From assembly GCA_015523565.1 (NCBI GenBank), contig WAKA01000157.1, positions 1 through 21,852 on the forward strand: 21,852 bases of DNA, given 5' to 3'. The notes under the pieces were generated by a model. It was not told the DNA's origin. It was given only the letters and a program-made list of their open reading frames with translations, and ran no database searches. The DNA is from Candidatus Heimdallarchaeota archaeon (GTDB lineage: Archaea > Asgardarchaeota > Heimdallarchaeia > Heimdallarchaeales > Kariarchaeaceae). The translations under genes and the position numbers were made by a program. Positions within the stretch are counted from its first letter, which is position 1. Each line of letters opens with the position of its first letter. Below, piece after piece: positions 7,903 to 17,804 of the stretch.

Positions 7903-8388
7903 TTGATGTATACTGTCTTGGATTCTTCAGTGTTCATGAATGTTAATAGTCTTGATCACTTGGATCTTACCTCATCATTCTATATTTCTGAAAATTGCTA
8001 TGACGAAATAAAATCAACATGTTCACACCTTCTTTCCTTACTTGTGAAGCTTAATATTGTTTCTCCTACTTCCAATTCAATAAAATATATTGAAGAAACA
8101 CTAAAAAAAATTGGTGAAACAAAATTATCTTCTGCTGATAAGTCTGCCTTGGCGTTAGCTCTTGATCTCACACAAGAAAACAAGAATGTTATTTTACTTT
8201 CCGATGATTTTTCCGTACTTAATGTGGCATCATTTTGCAACATCCCCTCCAAAAGTATAAAAACAAAAAAGAAAGTGAAAAAACGAACGTATTTTTTTGT
8301 TTGTAGGGCTTGCAAAAATAATAATGGTGTCAATAATGTAGAATGTGAAACATGTGGCTTTCACCTGTTTTTCAGAAAGTATAGATAA
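7903..8388 (+). CDS. nob1: Nob1-family PIN endoribonuclease with Zn ribbon
   Basis: PIN acidic residues VLDSS, YDEIK, LSSADKSALALA, SDDFSVLNVA; C-terminal CRAC..CETCG. Start may be ATG at 7906. Confidence 0.88.
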   Translation: MMYTVLDSSVFMNVNSLDHLDLTSSFYISENCYDEIKSTCSHLLSLLVKLNIVSPTSNSIKYIEETLKKIGETKLSSADKSALALALDLTQENKNVILLSDDFSVLNVASFCNIPSKSIKTKKKVKKRTYFFVCRACKNNNGVNNVECETCGFHLFFRKYR

Positions 8389-8483
8389 CATTTTATGGAT
8401 GTTCTTCAAATTTTTTTCGATTTCAATCAAAGGATTTTAAGGGATAATTATTAGATGAAAAATAAATAAAAAGAGGTATAAGT

Positions 8484-9920
8484 GTGAGTGTCAAAAACGA
8501 ACTAAAATCATACAAAACTGTAAGGGAAGTTTCAGGTCCCCTTCTTTTTGTTGACCTTCAAGGAAGGGGTGGTGTCAGTTATGGTGAAATATGTGAAGTT
8601 GTTACTGGTTATGGTGAAAGACGACGCGGTCAGGTACTTGAAATTACAAATGATCTTGCAGTAGTTCAGGTATTTGAAGGCACAAGTGGTCTTGATACTA
8701 AAGAGACATCTGTCAGATTCATTGGACAAACCCTCCAAATAGGAGTTTCTGAAGAAATGCTTGGTCGTGTCTTTAATGGTCGTGGTATTCCAATTGATGG
8801 TGGTCCACAAATTATTAGTGAAGAAAAAAGAGATATCGCTGGCAATCCTCTTAATCCTGTGGCACGAGAATATCCTCGTTCCTTTATTCAGACAGGAATT
8901 TCAACTATTGATGCACTTTTGACTTTAGTGAGGGGTCAAAAGTTGCCATTATTCTCTGGATCTGGTCTTCCTCATAATCAGGTAGGTGCCCAAATTGCAA
9001 GACAGGCAAAAGTTTTAGGGGAAGGGGAATCATTTGCAGTGGTTTTTGCAGCAATGGGTATTACCGCTGAAGAGGCAAGATTTTTCCAATCTGACTTCGA
9101 AAGGACTGGTGCTCTTGAAAAAGTGGTTCTTTTCCTAAATCTTGCAGACGATCCTGCCGTTGAAAGAATTATTACTCCCCGGATCGCCTTGACTGTTGCC
9201 GAATATCTTGCCTTTGAAAAAGATTACCATGTTTTGGTTATTCTGACAGACATGACGTCTTACTGTGAATCACTGCGTGAAATTGGTGCTGCAAGAGAAG
9301 AAGTTCCTGGTCGTCGTGGTTTTCCTGGATATTTATATTCTGACCTTTCTACAATTTATGAACGTGCTGGTAGAATCATCGGAAAGAAAGGGTCAATTAC
9401 CCAAATTCCGATATTGACTATGCCTAATGATGATTTGACACATCCAATCCCCGACCTTACTGGTTATATTACTGAAGGACAAGTTTATATCGACCGTGCC
9501 CTTCATAGGAAAGGGGTTTATCCTCCAATCAACCCATTGCCGTCACTTTCTAGATTAATGAAGGAAGCAATTGGTAAAGGATCAACTAGGGTGGATCATG
9601 CTGCCCTTGCATCCCAGCTATATGCTGCATACGCACGTGGAAGGGAATTAAGAGATCTTGTCGCAGTTGTTGGGGAAGAATCCCTATCTGATGAGGATCG
9701 TCTTTATCTCAACTTTGCCCAACAATTTGAAGATAGGTTTATATCTCAAGGGTATGAGGAAGATCGTTCCATCTTTGATACACTCGATTTGGGATGGGAG
9801 CTCTTAACCATATTTCCAAATCCAAAAAGACAGCTTAAACGAATTGATGAGGAATTGATTGAAAAATTCTATCCCCTCAATCGTGATCCAAATTACAATT
9901 TCCATGATGTCAATGCATAA
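8484..9920 (+). CDS. atpB: A/V-type ATP synthase subunit B
   Basis: [74 protein letters not shown] before the GTG start. Confidence 0.98.
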   Translation: MSVKNELKSYKTVREVSGPLLFVDLQGRGGVSYGEICEVVTGYGERRRGQVLEITNDLAVVQVFEGTSGLDTKETSVRFIGQTLQIGVSEEMLGRVFNGRGIPIDGGPQIISEEKRDIAGNPLNPVAREYPRSFIQTGISTIDALLTLVRGQKLPLFSGSGLPHNQVGAQIARQAKVLGEGESFAVVFAAMGITAEEARFFQSDFERTGALEKVVLFLNLADDPAVERIITPRIALTVAEYLAFEKDYHVLVILTDMTSYCESLREIGAAREEVPGRRGFPGYLYSDLSTIYERAGRIIGKKGSITQIPILTMPNDDLTHPIPDLTGYITEGQVYIDRALHRKGVYPPINPLPSLSRLMKEAIGKGSTRVDHAALASQLYAAYARGRELRDLVAVVGEESLSDEDRLYLNFAQQFEDRFISQGYEEDRSIFDTLDLGWELLTIFPNPKRQLKRIDEELIEKFYPLNRDPNYNFHDVNA

Positions 9921-10055
9921 CTGCTTCATTATATGTCTTCTATCCTCTTTTGATTACATCCCTAACATTAATCTTTAATCATCTAAATTTTTCTCAAATG
10001 ATAAGTGATTCGATGGAAGTAATTAATAAATAAAACTTCTATTGGAGGTTAGTCA

Positions 10056-11831
10056 ATGAGCTCACAAATTGAAGGCACTATTATTCGTATTTCTGGACCT
10101 GTTGTTCAGGCAAAAGGAATGCTTGGCGCAAGACTATATGATGTTGCACGCATCGGAAACCTTGGATTGATCGGGGAGATTATTCAAGTAGATGGTGATA
10201 TTGCAACTATTCAGTGTTATGAAATTACTGATGGAATTAAACCAGGGGAACCAGTTATTGGAACTGGTGAACCCCTTTCAGTAATGCTTGGCCCAGGCAT
10301 AATGTCACAAATCTATGACGGTATTCAGCGACCACTTCCTGCAATTAAGGATGTAACAGGGGCTTTTATTAACAGAGGTGTTGAAACTCCTGCCTTGGAT
10401 TTGAAAAAAGAGTGGGAATTTGAAATTGTTGCAAAAGTTGGGGATGTTGTGTCTGGTGGAGATGTTATTGCAACAGTACAAGAAACTCCTGCTTTTCTTC
10501 ATAAAATCATGATCCCTCCCAATATTTCCGGAAAAATCATTGAAATTGTCGAATCTGGGAAATATACTATTGAAAAAGTGTTGGCTGTCGTTGAAAGTGA
10601 AGACGGTACTCGCCATGAAATTTTAGGTTATCAAAGATGGCCTGTCAGGATTCCAAGACCTTTTAAACGAAGGTTGGCATCTGATGAACCCTTAATCACA
10701 GGTCAAAGAATTTTTGATACATTTTTCCCCATTGCAAAAGGTGGTGTCGCAGCCATTCCAGGTCCTTTTGGAACAGGTAAAACTGTCAGCCAACACCAAT
10801 TGGCAAAATATTGCAATGCCCAAGTTGTAGTGTACGTTGGGTGTGGGGAACGTGGAAATGAGATGACTAATGTGTTGGAGGAATTCCCACATTTGGATGA
10901 CCCTACTACTGGGTTAAAACTTATGGCACGAACTACAATGATTGCCAATACATCAAATATGCCTGTTGCAGCACGAGAGGCGTCTGTGTATACTGGAATA
11001 ACAATGGCAGAATATTTCAGAGATCAAGGCTATGATGTTGCAATGATGGCTGATTCAACATCTCGTTGGGCAGAAGCTATGAGAGAAATTTCTGGAAGGC
11101 TTGAGGAAATGCCTGGTGAAGCAGGCTATCCTGCATATTTGGCATCAAAAATTGCAGCATATTATGAACGTGGAGGAAGGGTTGAAATACTTAACTCCAA
11201 AGAGGAAAAAACAGGGTCTGTTTCAATAATTGGTGCTGTTTCACCTCCTGGTGGTGATTTCTCAGAACCAGTCACACAAAACACTTTGAGAATTGTCAAG
11301 GTATTTTGGGCACTTACCAAAAAACTTGCTGAACAAAGACATTTTCCTGCCATTTCTTATCTCGAAAGCTATACTTTGTATTGGGATGTCCTTAAAGATT
11401 ATTACAAAAAACATTTCTCTGATGATTTTGATAAACTAAGAACAAGAGCATTCAGATTGCTTCAAGAAGATAACGATTTGCAGGAAATTGTGCAACTTGT
11501 TGGACCAGATGCACTGTCTCCTGCTGAAAGAATTACTTTAGAGGCGGCACGGATGCTCAAGGAAGATTATTTGCAACAAAATGCATTTCACCCTGTAGAT
11601 TCTTACTGTTCACCAGAAAAACAGGCTTGGATGCTTCGTAATATTTTTGCCCTTTATGATAAAATGAGGGAATTATTTGATGCAGGTGTTGACCTCAAAG
11701 ATATGATGGAAAATGAGATTTTTGACAAAATCCCACGTATGAAATATGAGCCTGAGATTGAAAAATTAAAATCCTTGAATGAAGAAATCCAAAAACTCTC
11801 TCCCACTAATTTTGAAATAATTACGATATGA
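10056..11831 (+). CDS. atpA: A/V-type ATP synthase catalytic subunit A
   Basis: Walker [78 protein letters not shown]; no intein. Confidence 0.98.
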   Translation: MSSQIEGTIIRISGPVVQAKGMLGARLYDVARIGNLGLIGEIIQVDGDIATIQCYEITDGIKPGEPVIGTGEPLSVMLGPGIMSQIYDGIQRPLPAIKDVTGAFINRGVETPALDLKKEWEFEIVAKVGDVVSGGDVIATVQETPAFLHKIMIPPNISGKIIEIVESGKYTIEKVLAVVESEDGTRHEILGYQRWPVRIPRPFKRRLASDEPLITGQRIFDTFFPIAKGGVAAIPGPFGTGKTVSQHQLAKYCNAQVVVYVGCGERGNEMTNVLEEFPHLDDPTTGLKLMARTTMIANTSNMPVAAREASVYTGITMAEYFRDQGYDVAMMADSTSRWAEAMREISGRLEEMPGEAGYPAYLASKIAAYYERGGRVEILNSKEEKTGSVSIIGAVSPPGGDFSEPVTQNTLRIVKVFWALTKKLAEQRHFPAISYLESYTLYWDVLKDYYKKHFSDDFDKLRTRAFRLLQEDNDLQEIVQLVGPDALSPAERITLEAARMLKEDYLQQNAFHPVDSYCSPEKQAWMLRNIFALYDKMRELFDAGVDLKDMMENEIFDKIPRMKYEPEIEKLKSLNEEIQKLSPTNFEIITI

Positions 11832-11888
11832 TTGCAATTATGCACAACTGCATGGAAATTTTGAATAAGATGTCGTTTATTTTTCATT

Positions 11889-13028
11889 ATGATTGAGTTA
11901 AATGAAGACCATAAATTAATACAACAAACTGCAAGGGATATCGCGGAAGATGTTATTGCTCCCAATGCAGCATATTATGATTCCCACGAAGAATTTCCAC
12001 AAAAATCATTTGAGGCATTAAGGGATGCGGGTTTTTTAGCAATGATGGTTTCTCCAGAATATGGTGGTGCTGGACTAGATACCATTAGTTATGTTCTTGC
12101 TATGATTGAAGTAAGCAAAGCATGTGCCAGCACTGGTGTGATGATGAGTGTCAATAACTCATTAGCCGCATTTCCACTAGAAACGTACGGTTCTGAATAT
12201 ATTAAAAACACTTTTCTTCGGAAAATTTCTGAAGGCGGCAAATTAGGTGCATTCGCCCTTTCAGAACCAGATGCGGGGAGTGATCCCGCGGGTGGAAGAA
12301 CAACAGCTGTTTTAGATGGGGATGAATATATCTTGAACGGTAGCAAGATGTGGATCACAAATGGTGGTGTTGCGGATGTGTATGTAGTTTTTGCAAAAAC
12401 TAACCCTGATTTGAAACACAAGGGGATGTCTGCTTTTGTTGTTGAAAAGGGAACCCCTGGTTTTGAAATCGGTCCAAAAGAGAAAAAATTAGGGATAAGG
12501 GCTTCTCCTACTACTCCTCTATCATTTGATGATTGTCGTATCCCAAAGGAAAACCTTATTGGCACCGAGGGTGAAGGATTTAAAATTGCAATGTCTACTC
12601 TTGATGGTGGTCGCATTGGTATTGCCGCGCAAGCACTAGGAATTGGTCAAGCGGCATTGGATGCTGCAATTTCTTATTCAAAAACACGGCGTGCGTTTGG
12701 ACAACCGATTTCTAAATTTCAAGGACTTCGATGGATGATTGCTGATGCCGCAATGGATATGGAAGCTGCAAAACTTTTGACTTTTCAAGCGGCTATTTTA
12801 AAAGATAAGAAACTCCGATTCACAAAAGAAGCAGCAATGGCAAAACTTTATGCTTCTGAAGCTGCTGTGAGAACTGCAGATATGTCTTTACAAATTCATG
12901 GCGGTGCAGGCTACTCGCGTGACTTCCCTGTAGAACGATATTATCGTGATGCAAAAATCACCGCAATATATGAAGGTACTTCTGAAATTCAACGGGTTGT
13001 TATCTCTCGTGAAGTTATTGATAAATAA
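11889..13028 (+). CDS. Acyl-CoA dehydrogenase (short-chain/butyryl-CoA-like)
   Basis: GAFALSEPDAGSD, LNGSKMWITNG, LDGGRIGIAAQ, QIHGGAGY, catalytic IYEGTSEIQR. Confidence 0.96.
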   Translation: MIELNEDHKLIQQTARDIAEDVIAPNAAYYDSHEEFPQKSFEALRDAGFLAMMVSPEYGGAGLDTISYVLAMIEVSKACASTGVMMSVNNSLAAFPLETYGSEYIKNTFLRKISEGGKLGAFALSEPDAGSDPAGGRTTAVLDGDEYILNGSKMWITNGGVADVYVVFAKTNPDLKHKGMSAFVVEKGTPGFEIGPKEKKLGIRASPTTPLSFDDCRIPKENLIGTEGEGFKIAMSTLDGGRIGIAAQALGIGQAALDAAISYSKTRRAFGQPISKFQGLRWMIADAAMDMEAAKLLTFQAAILKDKKLRFTKEAAMAKLYASEAAVRTADMSLQIHGGAGYSRDFPVERYYRDAKITAIYEGTSEIQRVVISREVIDK

Positions 13029-13104
13029 ATTTCCCATCAACTCTTTCTATAAATTTAAATTGGAAATGATGGTGAATGACTTAAAGAACATTGTGTGATG
13101 CCCT

Positions 13105-13404
13105 ATGGTTGATTTAGAAACAAGTATCAGTGTTGCCCGAAAATCAGGAAAAACAAAATTAGGTATGAAATATGCAATAAAAGCCGCTAAACTAAAAGAA
13201 GCTAAGGCAATAGTGGTTGCCTCAAACGCTCCAAAAGAGCTCCGAGAGGATTTGGAATATTATGCTCGGCTTTCTGGCGTTCCGATTATTGAATATCCAA
13301 AAACATCTCAGGATCTCGGTGTTGTATGTGGACGCCCTCACTTAACCGCGGCTGTAACTATCATAAATGAAGGAGATTCTGACATCCTCAATGCAATCGA
13401 ATAA
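13105..13404 (+). CDS. rpl30e: 50S ribosomal protein L30e (eL30)
   Basis: KSGKTKLG, IVVASNAP, LEYYARLSGVPI, DLGVVCGRPH, EGDSDIL. Confidence 0.95.
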   Translation: MVDLETSISVARKSGKTKLGMKYAIKAAKLKEAKAIVVASNAPKELREDLEYYARLSGVPIIEYPKTSQDLGVVCGRPHLTAAVTIINEGDSDILNAIE

Positions 13405-15585
13405 TCAGATAAATTCTTCTCCATAATTAATTTCTCCCACTTTTGGGGGTTGTAATTTATATTCTTCCCTTGCTGGAATGACTTCATTCAATCCTTTTTG
13501 AAAATGCTTCCATTTTAATTTGACTTTTGATTGCGTTGTTGTAATCTTTCCACTTTCAATCAACTCTTCAATCAAGTCTTCTTTTGCCAAATTGACAATC
13601 TCTGTAAGTTCTGCTCCAGTATACCCTTCTGTTAAATTAACTAATTTTTCAATATCGCTATTGTCAATGATGACATTCCTCAAATGAACTTCCAATATTT
13701 CTTTTCTTGCTTTTGCATCTGGGTGACCAACTTTTATGATTTTTGTTAATCTCCCCGGTCTTCTTAACGCAGGGTCAATTATATCTGGTCTATTGGTTGC
13801 TGCAAGGATATAAACTCCATGAAGCTCTTGTAATCCATCCATTTCTGTCAATAGTTGACTTACTATTCTTTGTGAGACCTCATTAACTCCTCTTCTTCTT
13901 TGTGATGCGATGGCATCAATCTCATCGAAAAAAATGATTGTTGGTGATGCTCTCCTTGCTTTTTCAAAAATTTCCCTTATTGCCCTCTCTGTTTCTCCCA
14001 CAAATTTACTTAAAAGTTCAGGACCCTTTATGGAAATGAAATTTGCATTGATCTCTCCTGCAACTGCTCTTGCCATCAGTGTTTTTCCAGTTCCTGGGGG
14101 GCCATGCAACAGTATTCCCCTTGATGTTTTCATCCCTAAAGCCCGATAAAGGTCTGGATATTTGATTGGCCACTCTATTGTTTTTATTAACTCTCGTTTG
14201 ACTGTTTCTAAGCCACCAATGTCATTCCAATTCACTTCTGGTTTTTCAACAAAAACTTCCCGTAATGCTGAAGGCTTGACTTCCTCCATCGCCTTTAAGA
14301 AATCATCCATTGTCACTTGTATTTTGTTAAGTGTAACCCCATCCAATGGAAATCCCTCGTTAATGTTTGTTTCGGGAATATTCCTTCTTAAACTTACCAT
14401 TGCCGCTTCTTTTACCAAAATAGCGATATCTGCCCCCACATATCCATGAAGTCTTTCTGCGATATTTTCAATATTGACATCGGAACTTAACGGCATTCCT
14501 CTTGTATGTATTTCTAATATTTCTGCTCTGCCTTTCTTGTCAGGGACACCAATTTCAATTTCCCTATCAAATCTTCCTCCTCTCCTTAATGCTTCATCTA
14601 CCGAATTTGGGCGGTTTGTTGCTGCAATCACTACAATTTGCCCCCTATCATCCAATCCGTCCATCAGCGTAAGTAATTGTGCTACAATTCGGCGTTCTGT
14701 TTCTCCACCACTTTCACTTCTTTTTGGAGCAATTGCATCGATTTCATCAATGAAGATTATTGTTGGGGCTTCGTTTTTTGCTTCCATAAAAATACTTCTT
14801 AACTTCTCTTCACTTTCTCCATAATATTTTGACATAATCTCTGGTCCATTTATGGTGATGAAATGTGAGTTGGTTTCCGTTGCCACTGCTTTTGCTAACA
14901 ACGTTTTTCCAGTTCCAGGTGGTCCAAACATTAAAACTCCTTTTGGTGCAGAAATTCCGAGATGATCAAAAATTTCTGGGAATTTTAGTGGGAGCTCAAC
15001 CATTTCCCGTATTTTTCTAATAGGCTCACTTAATCCTCCAATATCCTCATAACTAACTTCTATGTTTTTTGTATCTTCTCTATAATCCCCTGTTTGCTTT
15101 TCTCCTTTCAATATTTTTGTGGTTGTTGTTACAATTGCTGGTGTACTTGGAATAATTTCTTCCACCTTGATTGTAATGTAATTCCCAAATCCAATACTAA
15201 CTGGGATAATATCTCCTCTACCAACAATTTTATTGTCCATTGCCCTTAAAATCTGTGCAAAGTAATCGTCTGGAAGATTTTCAGAAAGAGAAATTGTTAT
15301 GGATTTTGCAGATATAATCTTTTCAACTTTTGTTACCTCCACTATGTCGTCTAATCCTACCCCTGCATTTCTTCTAATTGCTTTTTCAATTTTTATCACA
15401 GCTGTACCACTATCTTGATTTGATCTCCATGCTTGGGCATATGTGGCCCTTTTCCCCTTTATCTCTAATACGTCTCCTGTTTTAACGCCAATGCTCTCTG
15501 CAAGATCTGCAGGTATCCTTGCTATTTGTCTGCCTACATCTCCTTTAGACGCTTCTTGAACTCTTAATTTGATTCTTTTTGCCAT
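13405..15585 (-). CDS. cdc48: Cdc48/VCP (p97) family AAA+ ATPase
   Basis: N-domain ([24 protein letters not shown]) plus two AAA modules: [25 protein letters not shown] and [24 protein letters not shown]. Confidence 0.97.
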   Translation of the reverse strand: MAKRIKLRVQEASKGDVGRQIARIPADLAESIGVKTGDVLEIKGKRATYAQAWRSNQDSGTAVIKIEKAIRRNAGVGLDDIVEVTKVEKIISAKSITISLSENLPDDYFAQILRAMDNKIVGRGDIIPVSIGFGNYITIKVEEIIPSTPAIVTTTTKILKGEKQTGDYREDTKNIEVSYEDIGGLSEPIRKIREMVELPLKFPEIFDHLGISAPKGVLMFGPPGTGKTLLAKAVATETNSHFITINGPEIMSKYYGESEEKLRSIFMEAKNEAPTIIFIDEIDAIAPKRSESGGETERRIVAQLLTLMDGLDDRGQIVVIAATNRPNSVDEALRRGGRFDREIEIGVPDKKGRAEILEIHTRGMPLSSDVNIENIAERLHGYVGADIAILVKEAAMVSLRRNIPETNINEGFPLDGVTLNKIQVTMDDFLKAMEEVKPSALREVFVEKPEVNWNDIGGLETVKRELIKTIEWPIKYPDLYRALGMKTSRGILLHGPPGTGKTLMARAVAGEINANFISIKGPELLSKFVGETERAIREIFEKARRASPTIIFFDEIDAIASQRRRGVNEVSQRIVSQLLTEMDGLQELHGVYILAATNRPDIIDPALRRPGRLTKIIKVGHPDAKARKEILEVHLRNVIIDNSDIEKLVNLTEGYTGAELTEIVNLAKEDLIEELIESGKITTTQSKVKLKWKHFQKGLNEVIPAREEYKLQPPKVGEINYGEEFI

Positions 15586-15627
15586 TCAAACTCAAATTGT
15601 TTATAGCTTTATTTTTTTGTCTATTGT

Positions 15628-16272
15628 TTAGTCTATATTAATTATAAAATCTTCGTCAATTTGGGCTCCTGGAAGATGAGGCATTTTAACTTCTAAAATT
15701 CCATTTGTTATTTTTGCACTGATTTTTGACTTATCCAGTTGCTTTACATGATCAATTGGAACTAATTTTGCATAAACTATATCATTTGTGCTTGTCCGTC
15801 CTTTAATGAATAATCCTTCCTTTTTTAACTTGATTTGGACGCCTTCTTTTTCCACTCCTGGCAATTCCGCTACTACCGTGGTTACGCCTTCTGTAATCGA
15901 TGTTTCTGTATAGGGTTCTATTGTGCCATCCGGATTGATTTTTTCACTATTTTGCGCGGTGGGAAATGGTGAAAATCCTTCAAATGGGTTAAATGCCTTG
16001 CCTCCAAATTCAAAAACAGGTTTGCCATCCTTCATTACAAATTTAAATGTTTTCACGTTCGGCATGTTGTTGGGATCCATGTTCCCAAACATGTTTATAA
16101 AATCTGCAAAACTTGCAGGATTGAATTCTCCTGGGTTTTGACTGCCAAAAAGCCTTGTCAAGTCATTTTGCAATCTTTCCATGAGCTCCTTAAATGAAAT
16201 TCCAAAAAATTGTCGTACAAATTTGTCTATCTCTTTAAAATCGTCATTCTCGTCGAAATCCATATGCACCAC
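15628..16272 (-). CDS. hsp20: Archaeal small heat-shock protein Hsp20
   Basis: Alpha-crystallin motifs VVAELPGVEKE and AKITNGILEV, C-terminal I-x-I (IINID), F/P/M-rich N-terminus; directly upstream of cdc48. Start may be ATG at 16263. Confidence 0.92.
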   Translation of the reverse strand: MVHMDFDENDDFKEIDKFVRQFFGISFKELMERLQNDLTRLFGSQNPGEFNPASFADFINMFGNMDPNNMPNVKTFKFVMKDGKPVFEFGGKAFNPFEGFSPFPTAQNSEKINPDGTIEPYTETSITEGVTTVVAELPGVEKEGVQIKLKKEGLFIKGRTSTNDIVYAKLVPIDHVKQLDKSKISAKITNGILEVKMPHLPGAQIDEDFIINID

Positions 16273-16480
16273 GCTATTGTATTTTATGTATTATACATGT
16301 ATTCATTCACTACCACCTATTTATATTTGTCTATCGCGGAATGGTCTTACAACCATCAATAGGTGGTTACTGTTTAATTTTTTCTTTTAAATATAAACAT
16401 TCTTGTATATGGGGAATAGTCTGTTCTAATCTAAATGTTTTTTAAAGAATTTTCTTGTTTTTCAATTAGAGGTTTTGTAA

Positions 16481-16774
16481 ATGGCACTTGGAGGACAGGA
16501 AGTCTTATTGATCATTGGGTTGGCATTGCTCCTATTTGGCCCTCAAAAAATTCCACAATTTGCTCAGGCTCTTGGGCAGGCCCATGCCAAATATAAGGAG
16601 GGGTTGAATCAAGTTACTTCATCAATCACACAACCGCAATTGTCTGAGGGCGTTGGTGATTCTTCTTTAACTCCTGAAGAACGGGAAATTATCCGAGCTG
16701 CACAAGCTAAGGGTATCCCTACAGAACATAGATCAATTGAGGCAATTGCGCAGGATCTCTTGAATTCCTCTTAA
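16481..16774 (+). CDS. tatA: Twin-arginine translocase TatA
   Basis: GGQEVLLIIGLALLLFGPQKIPQFAQALGQ (TM, FG hinge, amphipathic helix). GAGGT RBS. Confidence 0.95.
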   Translation: MALGGQEVLLIIGLALLLFGPQKIPQFAQALGQAHAKYKEGLNQVTSSITQPQLSEGVGDSSLTPEEREIIRAAQAKGIPTEHRSIEAIAQDLLNSS

Positions 16775-16781
16775 CGGTGTT

Positions 16782-17804
16782 TTGATGCCGAAAAATGAAT
16801 CTTACGTCCCTGCTTGGATGAAAGAAGGTCAAGCTACTGCACGCGCACTAACTGAAGAAATTATAGCGACATCTGCTCCTGGTGAGGCGGTTCCAACCTT
16901 TGTTCAGGAATTTTTAGATGAAAGTAAAAAAGAAACTCCCTTGTTTGGAATGACGACGCCCTCTTTGGATCCGTCTTTTAAATTAAAATATGATGGTTCT
17001 CCTCTTCCTTTAGATGTACATTTAATGGAACTTTGGGCACGTCTAAGAAAAATTGCTCGAATTGTTTTCTTGCTTACTTTTATCATTATGGTAATTCCCT
17101 CTGTAGACCATGGGAAATTAGCCATCGACCCCTATCGCCCATTTGTTTTGGATTTGCTTAATTATGTTGTCACCTATGGGGTTCAGTCGTTACAGCAAGG
17201 GTCTCGCAATATCACTGTTTATGTGGGGACTCCTATTGCATCTATCTCTCTCTATATTAATTTTGCAGCTTCAATTGCAATATTGATATCCCTCCCCGTT
17301 ACTGTCCGGGAATTATATGCCTATGTACGCCCTGGTCTAACAAAAAAAGAAGATGAGGTGCTTAAACAAATATCGCTTGTTGCCTCCGCTCTCTTTCTTC
17401 TAGGTGCATTCATATCTTTTACCACTATAATCCCTGTCACTCTAAAAATTCTTTCTATCACTTCGACTTTTATTAAGAATGTACAACCTTGGTTTGATCT
17501 GCAGTCTGTTCTTGCCGTGCTAATTTGGGGAACTATTGGTGCGGGGATTCTTTATGCTTCCCCTATGGTTTTAGTCGCCTTGGTTCAGTTGGATTTGATT
17601 TCTGCTGAACAGATCTCTTCTCGACGCCGCGAAATGATTTTTGGAGTATTTACATTGGCCGCAATTGTCACACCAGATCCCACGTTGATTTCAATGGTAA
17701 TTCTTTCATTGCCGATGGTTTTTGTAATTGAAGGGGTGATTCTCTGGTCATTGAGGATTGAAACAAAACGATATTTAGATGAATATGGTAAAATTTTGAT
17801 TTGA
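16782..17804 (+). CDS. tatC: Twin-arginine translocase TatC
   Basis: HLMEL..RL, PGLTKKE, AAIVTPDPT; about six hydrophobic helices; adjacent to tatA. Confidence 0.93.
   Translation: MMPKNESYVPAWMKEGQATARALTEEIIATSAPGEAVPTFVQEFLDESKKETPLFGMTTPSLDPSFKLKYDGSPLPLDVHLMELWARLRKIARIVFLLTFIIMVIPSVDHGKLAIDPYRPFVLDLLNYVVTYGVQSLQQGSRNITVYVGTPIASISLYINFAASIAILISLPVTVRELYAYVRPGLTKKEDEVLKQISLVASALFLLGAFISFTTIIPVTLKILSITSTFIKNVQPWFDLQSVLAVLIWGTIGAGILYASPMVLVALVQLDLISAEQISSRRREMIFGVFTLAAIVTPDPTLISMVILSLPMVFVIEGVILWSLRIETKRYLDEYGKILI

Noticed and set aside
10056-11831. Intein in AtpA
   Set aside because: GPFGTGKT and [10 protein letters not shown] are uninterrupted and the length (591 aa) is normal.
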